From assembly GCA_965248835.1 (NCBI GenBank), contig CBDFLJ010000002.1, forward strand, positions 2,528,001 to 2,592,000: a DNA stretch of 64,000 bases, in the 5' to 3' direction. The position numbers and the translations under genes were made by a program. Origin of the DNA: Alphaproteobacteria bacterium. GTDB lineage: Bacteria; Pseudomonadota; Alphaproteobacteria; MPNO01. Under the pieces are notes generated by a model. That model had not been told where the DNA came from, searched no databases, and saw only the letters and a list, made by a program, of their open reading frames with translations. Below, piece after piece: positions 10,616 through 20,681 of this stretch. Position 1 is the stretch's first letter; each line of letters opens with the position of its first letter.

Positions 10616-11164
10616 CTAATCCATACCGCGCTCGGCGGTGAACGCCCGGCGCCATTCCGACATCGGCCGGAAGCTCGGGTTGTCCTTGACCAGGTCCTCG
10701 GTGAAGCGGTGGATCGCCTCGTCGTCGAGCGAGATATCGAACGGCACGCCGAACGGCTGGTCGATATACCAGGGCGTGTCGACGAACGCCTCGGTCCGGT
10801 TGCCTTCGGGATCGTGGGCGTAGACCGACCAGGTCATGCCGTGGGTGATCGGGGTGATCCGGTCGACCCCGGGATAGGCCTGGAGCGCGCTATGGATGCG
10901 GCGCAGTCGGTCGATCGAATCGAGCCGGAACGAGACGTGGTTGTGATGGACCACCTGGCGGTCGGCCGTTCGGCCCGCGTAGAGCACGAGCTGGTGGTGA
11001 TCGGCCGGGTCGGCGGCCAGGAACGTCACCTCGCCGCGGCCTCCGATATGGCCGTGATCGCTGATCTTCAGCCCGTAGACCGAGGTGAAGAAATCGACCA
11101 TCAGCGCCATGTCGAAGACATGGAACCCGGCATGGCTGAGCGAAATCGGAGGCGTCGCGGTCAT
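10616..11164 (-). CDS. VOC/glyoxalase family protein
   Basis: [36 protein letters not shown]; SD GAGGAG before ATG 11164. Confidence 0.85.
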   Translation of the reverse strand: MTATPPISLSHAGFHVFDMALMVDFFTSVYGLKISDHGHIGGRGEVTFLAADPADHHQLVLYAGRTADRQVVHHNHVSFRLDSIDRLRRIHSALQAYPGVDRITPITHGMTWSVYAHDPEGNRTEAFVDTPWYIDQPFGVPFDISLDDEAIHRFTEDLVKDNPSFRPMSEWRRAFTAERGMD

Positions 11165-11187
11165 GCCGGCTCCTCGTCCGGTCCGCG

Positions 11188-12297
11188 CTATTCGGCCGCG
11201 GCCGGGCTGGAGGCCAGCGCCTCGTTCAGCCGCGGCATGACCTGTTCGGCCATCAGTTCCATCGAGCGCCTGGCCAGCGCCGGATCGACCCAATCGTGAC
11301 CGGCATAGATCAGCGTTCCGAAATCGCCGGTCCGCTCGCGGAAGGCGAGGATCTGCTGGACCACGGACTCCACCGTCCCGGCGATCACCAGCCGGTCGAC
11401 GACATAGTCGAGCGTGACCTCCTCGTCGCGCATCGACGGGTCGTGCTTGAAGAGGTTCGACCGGCCGGCCGCGATCAGCTTGTGCATGAGCTGCTTGTAG
11501 TAGAACCGGTAGGGGCTGTTCTCGGCCTCCAGGGCGTAGGCCTGCGCGGTGGCTTCATCGCCTGCGACGAAGATCGACTTGGCGATACGCCAATTGGCCG
11601 GGTCGGCCGGGCGGCCCATGCGCTCGCAGCCATCGACATATTTGGGCCAATGGCTGGCCACCCATTCGGGCATCAGGAAGTTCGCCGAGATCGGTTCCCA
11701 GCCGCGCGCGGCCGCTTCGGTCACGCCCCGGGAGAACGGCTCCACCACGGTGACCACGATCGGCGGATGCGGCTTCTGGTAGGGCGTGACGATCACTCCC
11801 TGGCCGATCTCTTCGATCAGCGTCTCCTCGGTGGTGACGTTCCAGTACTTGCCCTTCAGCCTGTAGGGCGGATCGGTCGACCAGATGGCGAGCACGTGGT
11901 TGATCGATTCTAGGAACATCGCGTTCCGGTCCGCGTTCAGGATGCCCAGCGCCTCGGCATCGGACTTGAGCGCGCCGGGGCTGATCCCGAACAGGAACCG
12001 GCCTTCGAGCAGGTTGTCGATCATCGCCACCTGGCCGGCGATGATCGCCGGGTGGTTGAGCGACATGTTCACCGTGCCGCTGCCGAGCACGATGTCCCTG
12101 GTGTCGTGCGCGAGGCTGGCCAGGAACATCAGGCACGAGGTCACCGTCTCGGCCCGGTCGGTGACGTGCTCCCCGACGAATGCCTCGGCGAAACCCAGCC
12201 TGTCGGCCAGCAGGATCGCCTCGCGGTCCTCCTTCAGCGTCTGGGCATAGTTCCGCTCCGGCGGGTGGAGCGGCATGGTGAAATAGCTGAGTTTCAT
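11188..12297 (-). CDS. LLM-class (luciferase-like) flavin-dependent monooxygenase
   Basis: ADRLGFAEAFVGEH, GRFLFGISPG, PYQKPHPPI, SMELMAEQVMP. Confidence 0.88.
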   Translation of the reverse strand: MKLSYFTMPLHPPERNYAQTLKEDREAILLADRLGFAEAFVGEHVTDRAETVTSCLMFLASLAHDTRDIVLGSGTVNMSLNHPAIIAGQVAMIDNLLEGRFLFGISPGALKSDAEALGILNADRNAMFLESINHVLAIWSTDPPYRLKGKYWNVTTEETLIEEIGQGVIVTPYQKPHPPIVVTVVEPFSRGVTEAAARGWEPISANFLMPEWVASHWPKYVDGCERMGRPADPANWRIAKSIFVAGDEATAQAYALEAENSPYRFYYKQLMHKLIAAGRSNLFKHDPSMRDEEVTLDYVVDRLVIAGTVESVVQQILAFRERTGDFGTLIYAGHDWVDPALARRSMELMAEQVMPRLNEALASSPAAAE

Positions 12298-12315
12298 GGG
12301 CGCGGCGGTCCCGCG

Positions 12316-13257
12316 TCAGGGCGATTCGTGTTCGATGAAGGCCTGCGGCACCGGCTCGCCCCACTGCGAGCCGAGCGCGTCCTCGGCCGCGACAAGGTTG
12401 GGCGGGGTGTCGCTGTTCAGCCGGTCGGAGTCCGTCCAGTGCTCGTGCACCCTGCCCCACGGATCCTTCCAGTAGTCATAGACCTGGGAGCCGAGGACGT
12501 GCCGGCCGAGGCCCCAGACATGCTCATAGGCTTCGGTGGATTTGAGGTATTCGTGGCCGGTCACCACGTCATCGATGTCCTGGACCTCGAAGGCCATGTG
12601 GTTGAGCCCCGCGCGTTCTCCGCCGACATAGAGAAAGACGTGGTGGTCGACATATTCCTTGCCGCGGTCGACGCGGTTGAACGACAGGATGATGTTGCCC
12701 TTCTCCCCGGCATAGACGTCATCGGAGCAGATCAGGCCCAGGGTCTCGCGCACCCAGGCGATCGAGCGGGGCAGGTCCGGCGTCTTCATCACGCCATGAC
12801 CGATACGCTTGACCCGGGACGCGCCGCCGGCGAGCCGGGTAAGCTCACCCTTGCGGTTGAGCCGGCCGCCGCTATCGTTGATCGCAAACCGCTTGGTCTC
12901 GATGGGCGCCAGGTTCTCGATGCCCCAGACGATCTCCATCTGATAGCCGTTGGGCTCCCGGAGCCGGACACGCTTGCCGCCGCCGGGCTCGTCGATGTCC
13001 TCGACAGCGGACGCGCCGTTGACCTTCGAGACCCGCTCGAGGTCCTCTTCGCTCGCCGCGTTGAAGGCCAGCCCGATGAAGCCCGGATCGCCGAGCTCGG
13101 TGATGTGGACATGATGCTCCGGGTCGGTGCCGCGCATGTAGAGCGCGGTCTTGGTCCGGTCCGCCCGCACCATGCCGAAATCGGTCAGGAATTTCTCCTG
13201 CCGGTCCAGGTCGGGCGAACCGATCCGGCCGTAGGCGATGTCAGTGATTTTGATCAT
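12316..13257 (-). CDS. Two-domain VOC extradiol ring-cleavage dioxygenase (trihydroxytoluene oxygenase/catechol 2,3-dioxygenase-like)
   Basis: MIKITDIAY, RIGHGV, VDHH, LNHMAFEV, WGLGRHVLGSQVYDYWKDPWG..HEHWTD. Confidence 0.85.
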   Translation of the reverse strand: MIKITDIAYGRIGSPDLDRQEKFLTDFGMVRADRTKTALYMRGTDPEHHVHITELGDPGFIGLAFNAASEEDLERVSKVNGASAVEDIDEPGGGKRVRLREPNGYQMEIVWGIENLAPIETKRFAINDSGGRLNRKGELTRLAGGASRVKRIGHGVMKTPDLPRSIAWVRETLGLICSDDVYAGEKGNIILSFNRVDRGKEYVDHHVFLYVGGERAGLNHMAFEVQDIDDVVTGHEYLKSTEAYEHVWGLGRHVLGSQVYDYWKDPWGRVHEHWTDSDRLNSDTPPNLVAAEDALGSQWGEPVPQAFIEHESP

Positions 13258-13378
13258 TCTCGATCGCTCCCAATCGTCGATTGCTGGGCATGCCTGTTGG
13301 GGCGATATTAGGACCAAGCTGCCCAGATCCCAAGGATCAATCGGGCGGCGGTAGTGAACCGACCGACAGGAGGCGATC

Positions 13379-14164
13379 TTGGATCTCGGACTCAAAGGCA
13401 GGAAGGCCGCAATCAGCGGCGGCAGCGACGGGCTGGGCTTCGCGATCGCGATGGGGCTGGCCGCCGAAGGCTGCGACATCGCGATTTCGGCGCGCGGCGC
13501 CGACCAGCTCGCCAAGGCGGCGGAGGAGATCGGGTCCAACGGCGTCAACGCCGTCGGCGTGCAGTGCGACATGTCGACCGCCGAGGGCTGCCAGAGCTTC
13601 ATCGACCAGGCGATCGAAGGCCTTGGCGGGCTCGACATCCTGGTCAACTGCGTCGGCGGCATGACCCCGGGGACGCTGGACTCGCTGACCGGCGATCAGT
13701 GGAACGAGATCATCAACCGCAACCAGATGGCCTATGTCCACACCACACGGGCGGCGATCCCCCATCTGGAGAAGTCCGATGCCGGGCGAATCCTCAACCT
13801 GAGCGGCATCTCCGGCAAGCAGCTCATGCCGGGTTCCTATTCGACGGCCCTGCCCAACGCGGCGATCAACGCGCTGACCAAGCTGACCGCCGGCGACCTC
13901 GCGGCCAAGGGGATCACGGTCAACAATTTGTGCCCGGGCCTGGTCGACACGCCGCGCTGGGGTCCGCGCCGCGAGGCGATGGCCAAAGTCCGCAACGTCA
14001 CGGCCGAGGATATCCGCACCCAGTTTGCCGGCAACACGCTCCTGGGCCGCTGGGGAAAGCCGGGCGAGATCGCCGATGTCGCGGCCTTCCTGCTGTCGCC
14101 GCGCAACAGCTACATGACCGGCTCGACGATCGAGGTCTGCGGCGGCTGGGGAAAGTATTTTTAG
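13379..14164 (+). CDS. SDR family oxidoreductase
   Basis: MDLGLKGRKAAISGGSDGLG, DILVNC, ITVNNLCPG; TTG start after AGGAGG. Confidence 0.88.
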   Translation: MDLGLKGRKAAISGGSDGLGFAIAMGLAAEGCDIAISARGADQLAKAAEEIGSNGVNAVGVQCDMSTAEGCQSFIDQAIEGLGGLDILVNCVGGMTPGTLDSLTGDQWNEIINRNQMAYVHTTRAAIPHLEKSDAGRILNLSGISGKQLMPGSYSTALPNAAINALTKLTAGDLAAKGITVNNLCPGLVDTPRWGPRREAMAKVRNVTAEDIRTQFAGNTLLGRWGKPGEIADVAAFLLSPRNSYMTGSTIEVCGGWGKYF

Positions 14165-14225
14165 ACAAACCGGGCCATCGGCCGTGCTAGGCTCGGCCCG
14201 ATCGATGAACGACGCGGAGGATAGG

Positions 14226-14741
14226 ATGGCCGCAGAAACCGCAATGCCGGAGGTCGAAATTGCATCGGAGCCGGCGCTCAAGCTCAACTTCCTGTCGCAC
14301 GGCACGCTGGAGTCCAGGGACCTCGAAAGGGCGCGGGCGTTCTACACCGAATTCCTCGGCCTCCAGGTGGTGCGCACCAGCCCGATCTCGCTGCTGATCC
14401 GCCTCGGCGGGCCCAATACGATCGCCGTCGTCGAGCAGAAGAACCGCACCGAGGAGATGCCGCTGCTCAACCACAACGGCCTGGACGTCGAGACCCAGGA
14501 AGAGGTCGATGCGGCGTATGAGACCGTCGCAGCCAATGCGGAGAAGTGGGCGCTGCGCAAGATCACCAAGCCCAGGCTCCAGCACGGCACCTACAGCTTC
14601 TTCTTCTGGGACATGGACAACAACTGCTGGGAGATCCTGACCAACCCGGCGGGCGGCTATAGCTGGCTGTTCAACCAGGGCGATCAGGAGGGCAAGGGGC
14701 ACCTCGACAAGAACTTCGCCCGGCCCGGCACGAAGACCTAG
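14226..14741 (+). CDS. VOC/glyoxalase family protein
   Basis: LSHGTLE, NHNGLDV, HGTYSFFFWDMDNNCWEI; SD GGAGG before ATG 14226. Confidence 0.82.
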   Translation: MAAETAMPEVEIASEPALKLNFLSHGTLESRDLERARAFYTEFLGLQVVRTSPISLLIRLGGPNTIAVVEQKNRTEEMPLLNHNGLDVETQEEVDAAYETVAANAEKWALRKITKPRLQHGTYSFFFWDMDNNCWEILTNPAGGYSWLFNQGDQEGKGHLDKNFARPGTKT

Positions 14742-14761
14742 AACCTCTTCCGAACCACCGG
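14739..14761 (+). repeat. Degenerate copy of dispersed palindromic repeat (left arm)
   Basis: TAGAACCTCTTCCGAACCACCGG versus TAGAGCCTGTTCCGAACAAGCCGG at 39180; starts at the stop codon of the VOC gene. Confidence 0.45.
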
Positions 14762-14783
14762 CCGGGGCCGAGGGGAGGCAGCA

Positions 14784-16482
14784 ATGGCCAAGGCGGCACG
14801 CCGGCGCCCGAAGGCGGGCGCGTCCGGCAAACCGTACGCTATGCGCGTGGATTCGGATGTCTACGTCACCATGCGCGACGGCGTGCGGATCGCCGTCAGG
14901 ATTTACCGGCCCGATGCACCGGGCGCATTCCCGGCTCTGTTCGCCGCCTCGCCCTACATGTATGCGACCGACGACCTTCCGCATTCGACCCAGTTCCTGT
15001 GGCGCGAGGTCGGGCCGGTGTCCTGGTATGTCCAGACCCACGGCTACGCCTATGTCCATGCAGACGTGCGCGGCTCCGGGAAGTCGGAGGGCGTCTACAA
15101 CTTCCTCGATAAGGAAGAGCAGCAGGACTACTACGAGATCATCGAGTGGATCGGCCGCCAGGACTGGTGCGACGGCAATGTCGGTGGAATTGGGCAGTCC
15201 TACTACGCCTGGTCCCAGTGGTTCATGGCGATCGTCGGCCCGCCCAGCCTGAAATGCATCGCGCCTTACGACGGCGCCGTCGATATCTACCGCGGCACCG
15301 CCTATCACGGCGGGATCTACTGCGATTTCATGACCTGATGGTTCAACATCGTGCGCGTCAACAACCTGCACCGCGCGGCCAACGGACCGGACGGCAAGGC
15401 GATGCCGCTGGACATCGGTTGGGAGGTCCAGCGCCGCCAGACCGATGACGACTGGTGGCGGGAACGCTCGGCCTACCGGCGGCTCGGCGAGATCAAGATC
15501 CCGGTCCTGTCGATCGGCCACTGGGGCAAGATGGGCCTGCATTTGCGCGGCAACATCCTGGGCTACGAGGAGGTGAGGTCGCCCAAGCGGCTGGTGGTGA
15601 CCGGCGCGCGCGATGTCTTCGAAGCCCATGACTATTTCGACCAGGTCGCCTACCACGAAGCCGAGCTGCTGCCGTTCTACGACCGCTATCTCAAGAGCAA
15701 GCGCAACGGCTATGAGCGCCAGGCTCCGGTCAAGCTCTATGTCCGCGGCGCCGAAGCCTACCGCGAGGAGCGCGAGTGGCCGCTCAAGCGCGCCAGGATG
15801 ACGCCGTTCTACCTGGCGCCCGGCACCAGCGGCAGCGTGACCTCGCTCAACGACGGCACGCTTTCGACGAAAAAGTCGCCGGCCAATGGCGGGGCAACCT
15901 CCTATAGCTATCCAGACCACAACTGGAAGCTGGGCGTGGCGGCGATCGGTCCGCACGGTCCCGATCCGGTGCGCGGGGTACTGAGCTTCACCACCGCGCC
16001 GATGCGCGCGGACCTCGAGGTCACGGGGCCGGTCATCCTCGAGCTCTACGCCGAGTCGACGGCGACCGACACCGACTTCGTGGTCCGGATCGCCGACCAG
16101 TTCCCGCAGTCGCCGGAGGACCGAAAGGCCGGGCTGCAGCCGACGGCGGTCAACGTCTCCAAGGGCTGGCTGCGCGCCTCGCACCGCGACAAGGATACCG
16201 CGCGCAGCACCGCGCATCGGCCGATCTACACACACCGACCCGCAACCGATCACCCCGGGCGAGATCTATCGCTACGAGATCGAGGTGATGCCGTTCTCCA
16301 ACGTCTTCAAGAAAGGCCACCGGATCCGGCTGGAGATCGTCAACGGCGATTCGATGCTGACCGACGCGTTCTTCACCCACCAGTATCTCTGGTACAAGGT
16401 CGGCACCGACACCTTCCACCACAGCGCCGGGCATGCCTCCCGTCTGTTGCTCCCGGTGGTCCCGGCCAAGGCCGGCAGATAG
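14784..16482 (+). pseudogene. CocE/NonD family hydrolase with in-frame TGA and a frameshift
   Basis: VTMRDGVRIA, DVRGSGKSEG, GQSYYA nucleophile; TGA at 15336-15338 with the frame continuing (WFNIVRVNN); frameshift in AC run ~16228-16235, after which TDPQPITPGEIYRYEIEVMP..GHRIRLEI continues in another frame to TAG 16482. Confidence 0.85.
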
Positions 16483-16604
16483 ACCTGCTGCCATCGGATC
16501 GCGCCGGGGCGGCCCCGTCTCAGATCCCCGGCCGGAACGGGATGCCGAGCGAGACCGGGCGGCGAAAACCTAATCGGGCCCCTCTGGGGCGGCAACAACG
16601 GGGG

Positions 16605-18461
16605 CTATGGAATCACCAGAACGTCGTCGTCGGGGTGTTCGGCATAGAGCCGTTCGACATCGCCGGCGCGGCGGGCGAGCACGGCGCGCTGGTTGACATA
16701 GCCCTTGTCGGTGATCTCCCCGGCATCGATCTGCGGCGGCTCGGCCAGGAGCAGCGCGCGGGTGATCCGAGTGCTGCTGCCCGGGTTCTCCCTGTTGTGG
16801 GCGGCAAGGCCCTTTGCGAGCCGCGCGCGGATCTCGGGATGGGTGATGAACGCCTCGATCGGCGCGTCATCGGCGATATCCGGGCAGACGCTGCGGCAGC
16901 CGGCGGGGCTGGGGACGCCGAGAATGCCGAGGTCGTTGCGCTCATGGCCGGTGATCACCGCGTCCTGCAGGATCGGCGCGCCGGCGCTCAGCACCGCCAG
17001 CCGCAGCGTGCCGGCCGCCACCCAGGTCCCGCTGAGCAGCTTGAAGTTCTCCGCCACCCTTCCGTCGAACAGCACCCCTTTGGACGCATCCTCCGGGTCG
17101 AGGAATTTTCCGGCATCACCGATCGCGAAATAGCCCTCCTCATCGAAGGCCTCCGCGGTCTGTTCGGGGTTTCGGTAATAGCCGGGGCTGATGTGCGGGC
17201 CCTTGAAGCGGACCTCGAGCTTGTCGTCGTTGGGGACCAGCTTCATCGCGGTGCCGGGCAGCGGCACGCCGATATTGCCCCACGCGTCGGAGTCCCAGGT
17301 CATGTAGGTCGAGGCTGGCGCGGTCTCGGTCGAGCCCAGCGAGGTGACGATCGGCACCCGGTCGCCGCGCGCGGCCACCGAGAGCGCCTGGAGGCCCCGA
17401 CGCAGGGACTGCGGCAGGGCGGCGCCGGCGAAAAACAGAACGTCGAGGTCGGCGAACAGCTTGTCGCGCAGCGCGGGCTCGGCCTCCAGCGCCGGGACCA
17501 GCAGGTCGTAACCCCGCGGGACGTTCAGATAGAGCGTCGGTCTGATCTCGCGCAGGTTCGTGAGCGTCTCCTCGAACCGGCCCGGCACGGGTCGGCCGCC
17601 ATCGAGATAGTAGGTCCCGCCGTGGAACAGGATCATGTTGAAGTTGAAGTTGCCGGCAAACGTGTGGTTCCACGGTAGCCAGTCGACGATCACCGGCGGC
17701 CGGCGCAGCAGGAACGGGTAGGCGAAGATGGTCATCATCTGGTTGGAGACCATCATGCGTTGAGTGTTGATCACCCCCTTGGGCACCCCGGTCGAGCCGG
17801 AGGTCAGCAGGATCTTTGCCACCGTGTCGGGGCCGACGCCGTCCAGCCGTTCGGCGAGCGCCGGGCCGGGCTCGGTGGCGGCCCAGGCGGCCAGACTCTC
17901 GGTCCCGTCCGCCCCCGTAGAGGTCAGCAGCGTCCGGCCGCCCAGGTCGAGGGCAGCCAACGCGGCGGCGAACGGGCCCGGGTCGTCGACGAAGATCACC
18001 GACGGGTCGTTGTGGGCGATGACGTATTTGAGCTTGGCGTGGTCCTTCGACATCAACGAATAGGCGGACGAGACCGGCATGACCGGGATCCCGGCCTGCA
18101 TGGCGCCCAACTGCAGGAGCCCGAAACCGATGCTGTTGTCCGACAGGATGGCCACGGGCCGGTCCGGGCCGTGGCCGCGTTCGACCAGCGCCTGACCGAT
18201 CCCCGCGCTCCGGCGGGAGGCCGCGGCGTAGCTCAGCCGGCGCCACCGCCGCTCGGCGCCGCGTTGGGCAAGAAAAGTCCGCTCCGGCACCTTGCCCGCC
18301 CATTCGTGGAGCTTGGCGATGACATGATCCGGCCCCGGCTCCACCGGCACCGGCGATCTCAGCACCCAGGTCCCGTCGTCGCGGGCCTCGACCTCGACGA
18401 ACGGCGCGGCGAGCGGCGTGCCGGCAAACGGGGCCTTCAGGGCTGCCTCAGCGGTTGCCAT
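16605..18461 (-). CDS. fcs: Feruloyl-CoA synthase-like acyl-CoA ligase
   Basis: LLTSGSTGVPKGVINTQRM, DWLPWNHTF, FDGRVAENFKL, GEITDKGYVNQRAVL. Confidence 0.8.
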   Translation of the reverse strand: MATAEAALKAPFAGTPLAAPFVEVEARDDGTWVLRSPVPVEPGPDHVIAKLHEWAGKVPERTFLAQRGAERRWRRLSYAAASRRSAGIGQALVERGHGPDRPVAILSDNSIGFGLLQLGAMQAGIPVMPVSSAYSLMSKDHAKLKYVIAHNDPSVIFVDDPGPFAAALAALDLGGRTLLTSTGADGTESLAAWAATEPGPALAERLDGVGPDTVAKILLTSGSTGVPKGVINTQRMMVSNQMMTIFAYPFLLRRPPVIVDWLPWNHTFAGNFNFNMILFHGGTYYLDGGRPVPGRFEETLTNLREIRPTLYLNVPRGYDLLVPALEAEPALRDKLFADLDVLFFAGAALPQSLRRGLQALSVAARGDRVPIVTSLGSTETAPASTYMTWDSDAWGNIGVPLPGTAMKLVPNDDKLEVRFKGPHISPGYYRNPEQTAEAFDEEGYFAIGDAGKFLDPEDASKGVLFDGRVAENFKLLSGTWVAAGTLRLAVLSAGAPILQDAVITGHERNDLGILGVPSPAGCRSVCPDIADDAPIEAFITHPEIRARLAKGLAAHNRENPGSSTRITRALLLAEPPQIDAGEITDKGYVNQRAVLARRAGDVERLYAEHPDDDVLVIP

Positions 18462-18759
18462 CGCGCAACGCCTTCATGCGCCGGTCGATCTCTTCGTGGC
18501 TCACGAGGCCTTTCTCGGCCAGCAAGTTGGCGAGACCCTGGGTCCACAGCTCGAAATAGCTCAGCGTGTTGTAAAAATCCTCCGGGATGTCCTCGCGGGC
18601 GCGGCGGAACTCGTCGATCCACAGGTGACGCCGCACGGTCGGGCCGAGCGCATTCACCAAGGCGCTGAGCTCCTTCTGCCAATCCGCGGGCTCGCGGGCG
18701 TTCGGATCGACCGGACCGAACTTGGCGCGCGATCCGCCGATATCGTTGGGCCTTCTCAC
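18448..18759 (-). CDS. Nitrile hydratase beta-subunit N-terminal-domain protein (thiocyanate hydrolase beta-like)
   Basis: NDIGG..FGPV..W..IDEFRRAREDI..Y..LSYFELW..LLAEKGLVSHEEI. Confidence 0.75.
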   Translation of the reverse strand: MRRPNDIGGSRAKFGPVDPNAREPADWQKELSALVNALGPTVRRHLWIDEFRRAREDIPEDFYNTLSYFELWTQGLANLLAEKGLVSHEEIDRRMKALRDGNR

Positions 18760-18872
18760 CGCCTGGCTCCGAACCCGGTTGCGCGGAGGCGCCAGTTTTC
18801 CACAACGCCGGCACTCACCGCAATGGCCGCCCGATGCTAGGGTCGCTCGACCAGCAAGAGGAGCGAGGCGGC

Positions 18873-20051
18873 ATGAAGCTCAGCACCGACCGGATCCTGA
18901 CCACCCATGTCGGCAGCCTGCCGAGGCCTGCCGCCCTGTTGGACCTGTTGCAGGCCGAGGAGGAAGGCCGCCCGCACGATGCCGACGCGCTGCAGGCGCT
19001 GGCGCGCTCCGCGGTCGCCGAGACCGTCGCCCGGCAGGTCGGTACCGGCATCGACATCGTCTGCGATGGCGAGATGAGCAAGATCGCCTATACCTTCTAC
19101 GTCAAGCACCGGCTGGACGGGATCGGGCCGGGCGGGCCGGACGCGGAGGCCGATACCGGCGCGATGGCCGGCCGCGACATGCAGGACCACTCGGATTTCC
19201 TTGCCCGGACGACCGCCTGGCAGGGCCAGTGGATCCGCGCGTTCGTGCGCCCTTACTGCATCGGCCCGCTGGCCTATGCCGACCGCGGCCCGCTCGAGCG
19301 CGATCTCGCCAACCTCGGCGCGGCGGTCGAGGCGGCCAAGCCTGCCGAGGCATTCATGAACGCCGCCTCTCCCGGGGTGCTGACCAAGTTCGTGCCCGAC
19401 GCGCATTACCGCGACGAGGACGCCTATGTCGCGGCCCTGGCCGATGCGATGAAGACCGAGTACGAGGCGATCACCGACGCCGGATATATTCTGCAGATCG
19501 ACTGCCCCGACCTGGGCTCGGCCCGACACAACCAGTATCAGCACCTGGACGATGCGGCCTTCCTCAGGATCGCCGAGCGCAACGTCGAGGCGGTCAACCA
19601 TGCCACCGCCGGCATCCCGCCCGAGCGCATGCGCCTGCATATCTGCTGGGGCAACTACGAAGGCCCCCACACCCACGACGTGGCGCTGGCCAAGGTGCTG
19701 CCGGTGTGCATGAAGGCGCGCCCGCAGGGCTTCCTTTTCGAAGGCGCCAACCCCCGCCACGAGCACGAATGGGAGGACCTCGCCAAGGGTACGATCCCCG
19801 ACGACAAGGTGCTGATCCCCGGGGTGATCGATTCGACCTCGAACTTCGTCGAGCATCCGCGCCTGGTCGCCCAGCGGCTGTGCCGCTACGCCGACATCGT
19901 CGGGCGCGAACGGGTGATCGCCGGCACCGATTGCGGCTTCGGCACCTTCGCCGCCCGCGAGCCCCAGGTCGCCGCCTCGGTCGTGTGGTCCAAGCTCGCG
20001 GCCATGGCCGAAGGCGCGCGCATCGCCACCGAGCGCCTGTGGGCGCATTAG
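18873..20051 (+). CDS. Cobalamin-independent methionine synthase II family protein (single barrel; epoxyalkane:CoM transferase-like)
   Basis: ILTTHVGSLPRP, DGEM, LHICWGNY, FEGANPRH, GTDCGF zinc ligands. Confidence 0.85.
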   Translation: MKLSTDRILTTHVGSLPRPAALLDLLQAEEEGRPHDADALQALARSAVAETVARQVGTGIDIVCDGEMSKIAYTFYVKHRLDGIGPGGPDAEADTGAMAGRDMQDHSDFLARTTAWQGQWIRAFVRPYCIGPLAYADRGPLERDLANLGAAVEAAKPAEAFMNAASPGVLTKFVPDAHYRDEDAYVAALADAMKTEYEAITDAGYILQIDCPDLGSARHNQYQHLDDAAFLRIAERNVEAVNHATAGIPPERMRLHICWGNYEGPHTHDVALAKVLPVCMKARPQGFLFEGANPRHEHEWEDLAKGTIPDDKVLIPGVIDSTSNFVEHPRLVAQRLCRYADIVGRERVIAGTDCGFGTFAAREPQVAASVVWSKLAAMAEGARIATERLWAH

Positions 20052-20060
20052 GACCCGGGC

Positions 20061-20681
20061 TCAGCCGGAGACGATCATCTCCTCGACATCGCGCAGGCGG
20101 TCCTTGCCGAAGAACATCTCGGTGCCGACGAAGAAGACCGGGCTGCCGAAGGCGCCGGCATCGACCGAGGCCTGGGTGTTGGCAAGCAGCCGGTCCTTGA
20201 CCTCCTGGTCTTCGATCCGCGCGAGGACCGCGGCGCCGTCGAGGCCCGAAGAATCGAGCGCCGCACGGATCACCTCGGGTTCGTCGAGCTTCTTGGGCTC
20301 CTCCCACATGTGGTGAAACACCGCCTCGACATAGGGGCCGAGCGTGCCGTCGATCTCGGCCGCCGCCGCGCCGCGCATGATCCGCAGCGTGTTGACCGGG
20401 AAATGCGGGTTCCTGCGAAACGCGGTGATGCCGTGGCGGGCGATGAAGCGTTCGCTCTCCAGCCGCTCATAGTCCGGCTTGTTGCGCACCCCCTCATGCT
20501 GGGCCATCGGCGGCCGGTTATTGGTCAACTTGAAGACACCGCCTAAAAGCACGGGAACATATTGAAACTTTACGCCTGTTCGGGACTCGATCGCGGCGAT
20601 CACCTTGTGGCTCAGATAGGCGTTCGGGCTGCCGAAGTCGAAGTGAAACGTGACCGCAGGGGGTATGTTCGGGACTACCAT
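20061..20681 (-). CDS. 2-hydroxychromene-2-carboxylate isomerase / kappa-GST (DsbA fold)
   Basis: FHFDFGSPNAYL, NPHFPVNT, GAFGSP, FFGKDRL; ATG 20681 overlaps SDR end. Confidence 0.88.
   Translation of the reverse strand: MVVPNIPPAVTFHFDFGSPNAYLSHKVIAAIESRTGVKFQYVPVLLGGVFKLTNNRPPMAQHEGVRNKPDYERLESERFIARHGITAFRRNPHFPVNTLRIMRGAAAAEIDGTLGPYVEAVFHHMWEEPKKLDEPEVIRAALDSSGLDGAAVLARIEDQEVKDRLLANTQASVDAGAFGSPVFFVGTEMFFGKDRLRDVEEMIVSG

Noticed and set aside
15336-15400. In-frame TGA as selenocysteine or alternative genetic code
   Set aside because: Context suggests Trp rather than Cys, no evident SECIS hairpin, many genes here end in TGA, and the gene has a second lesion
20510-20585. Local AT-rich patch inside the HCCA isomerase gene
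   Set aside because: Reading frame and conserved residues are intact; too short to call an insertion or internal promoter
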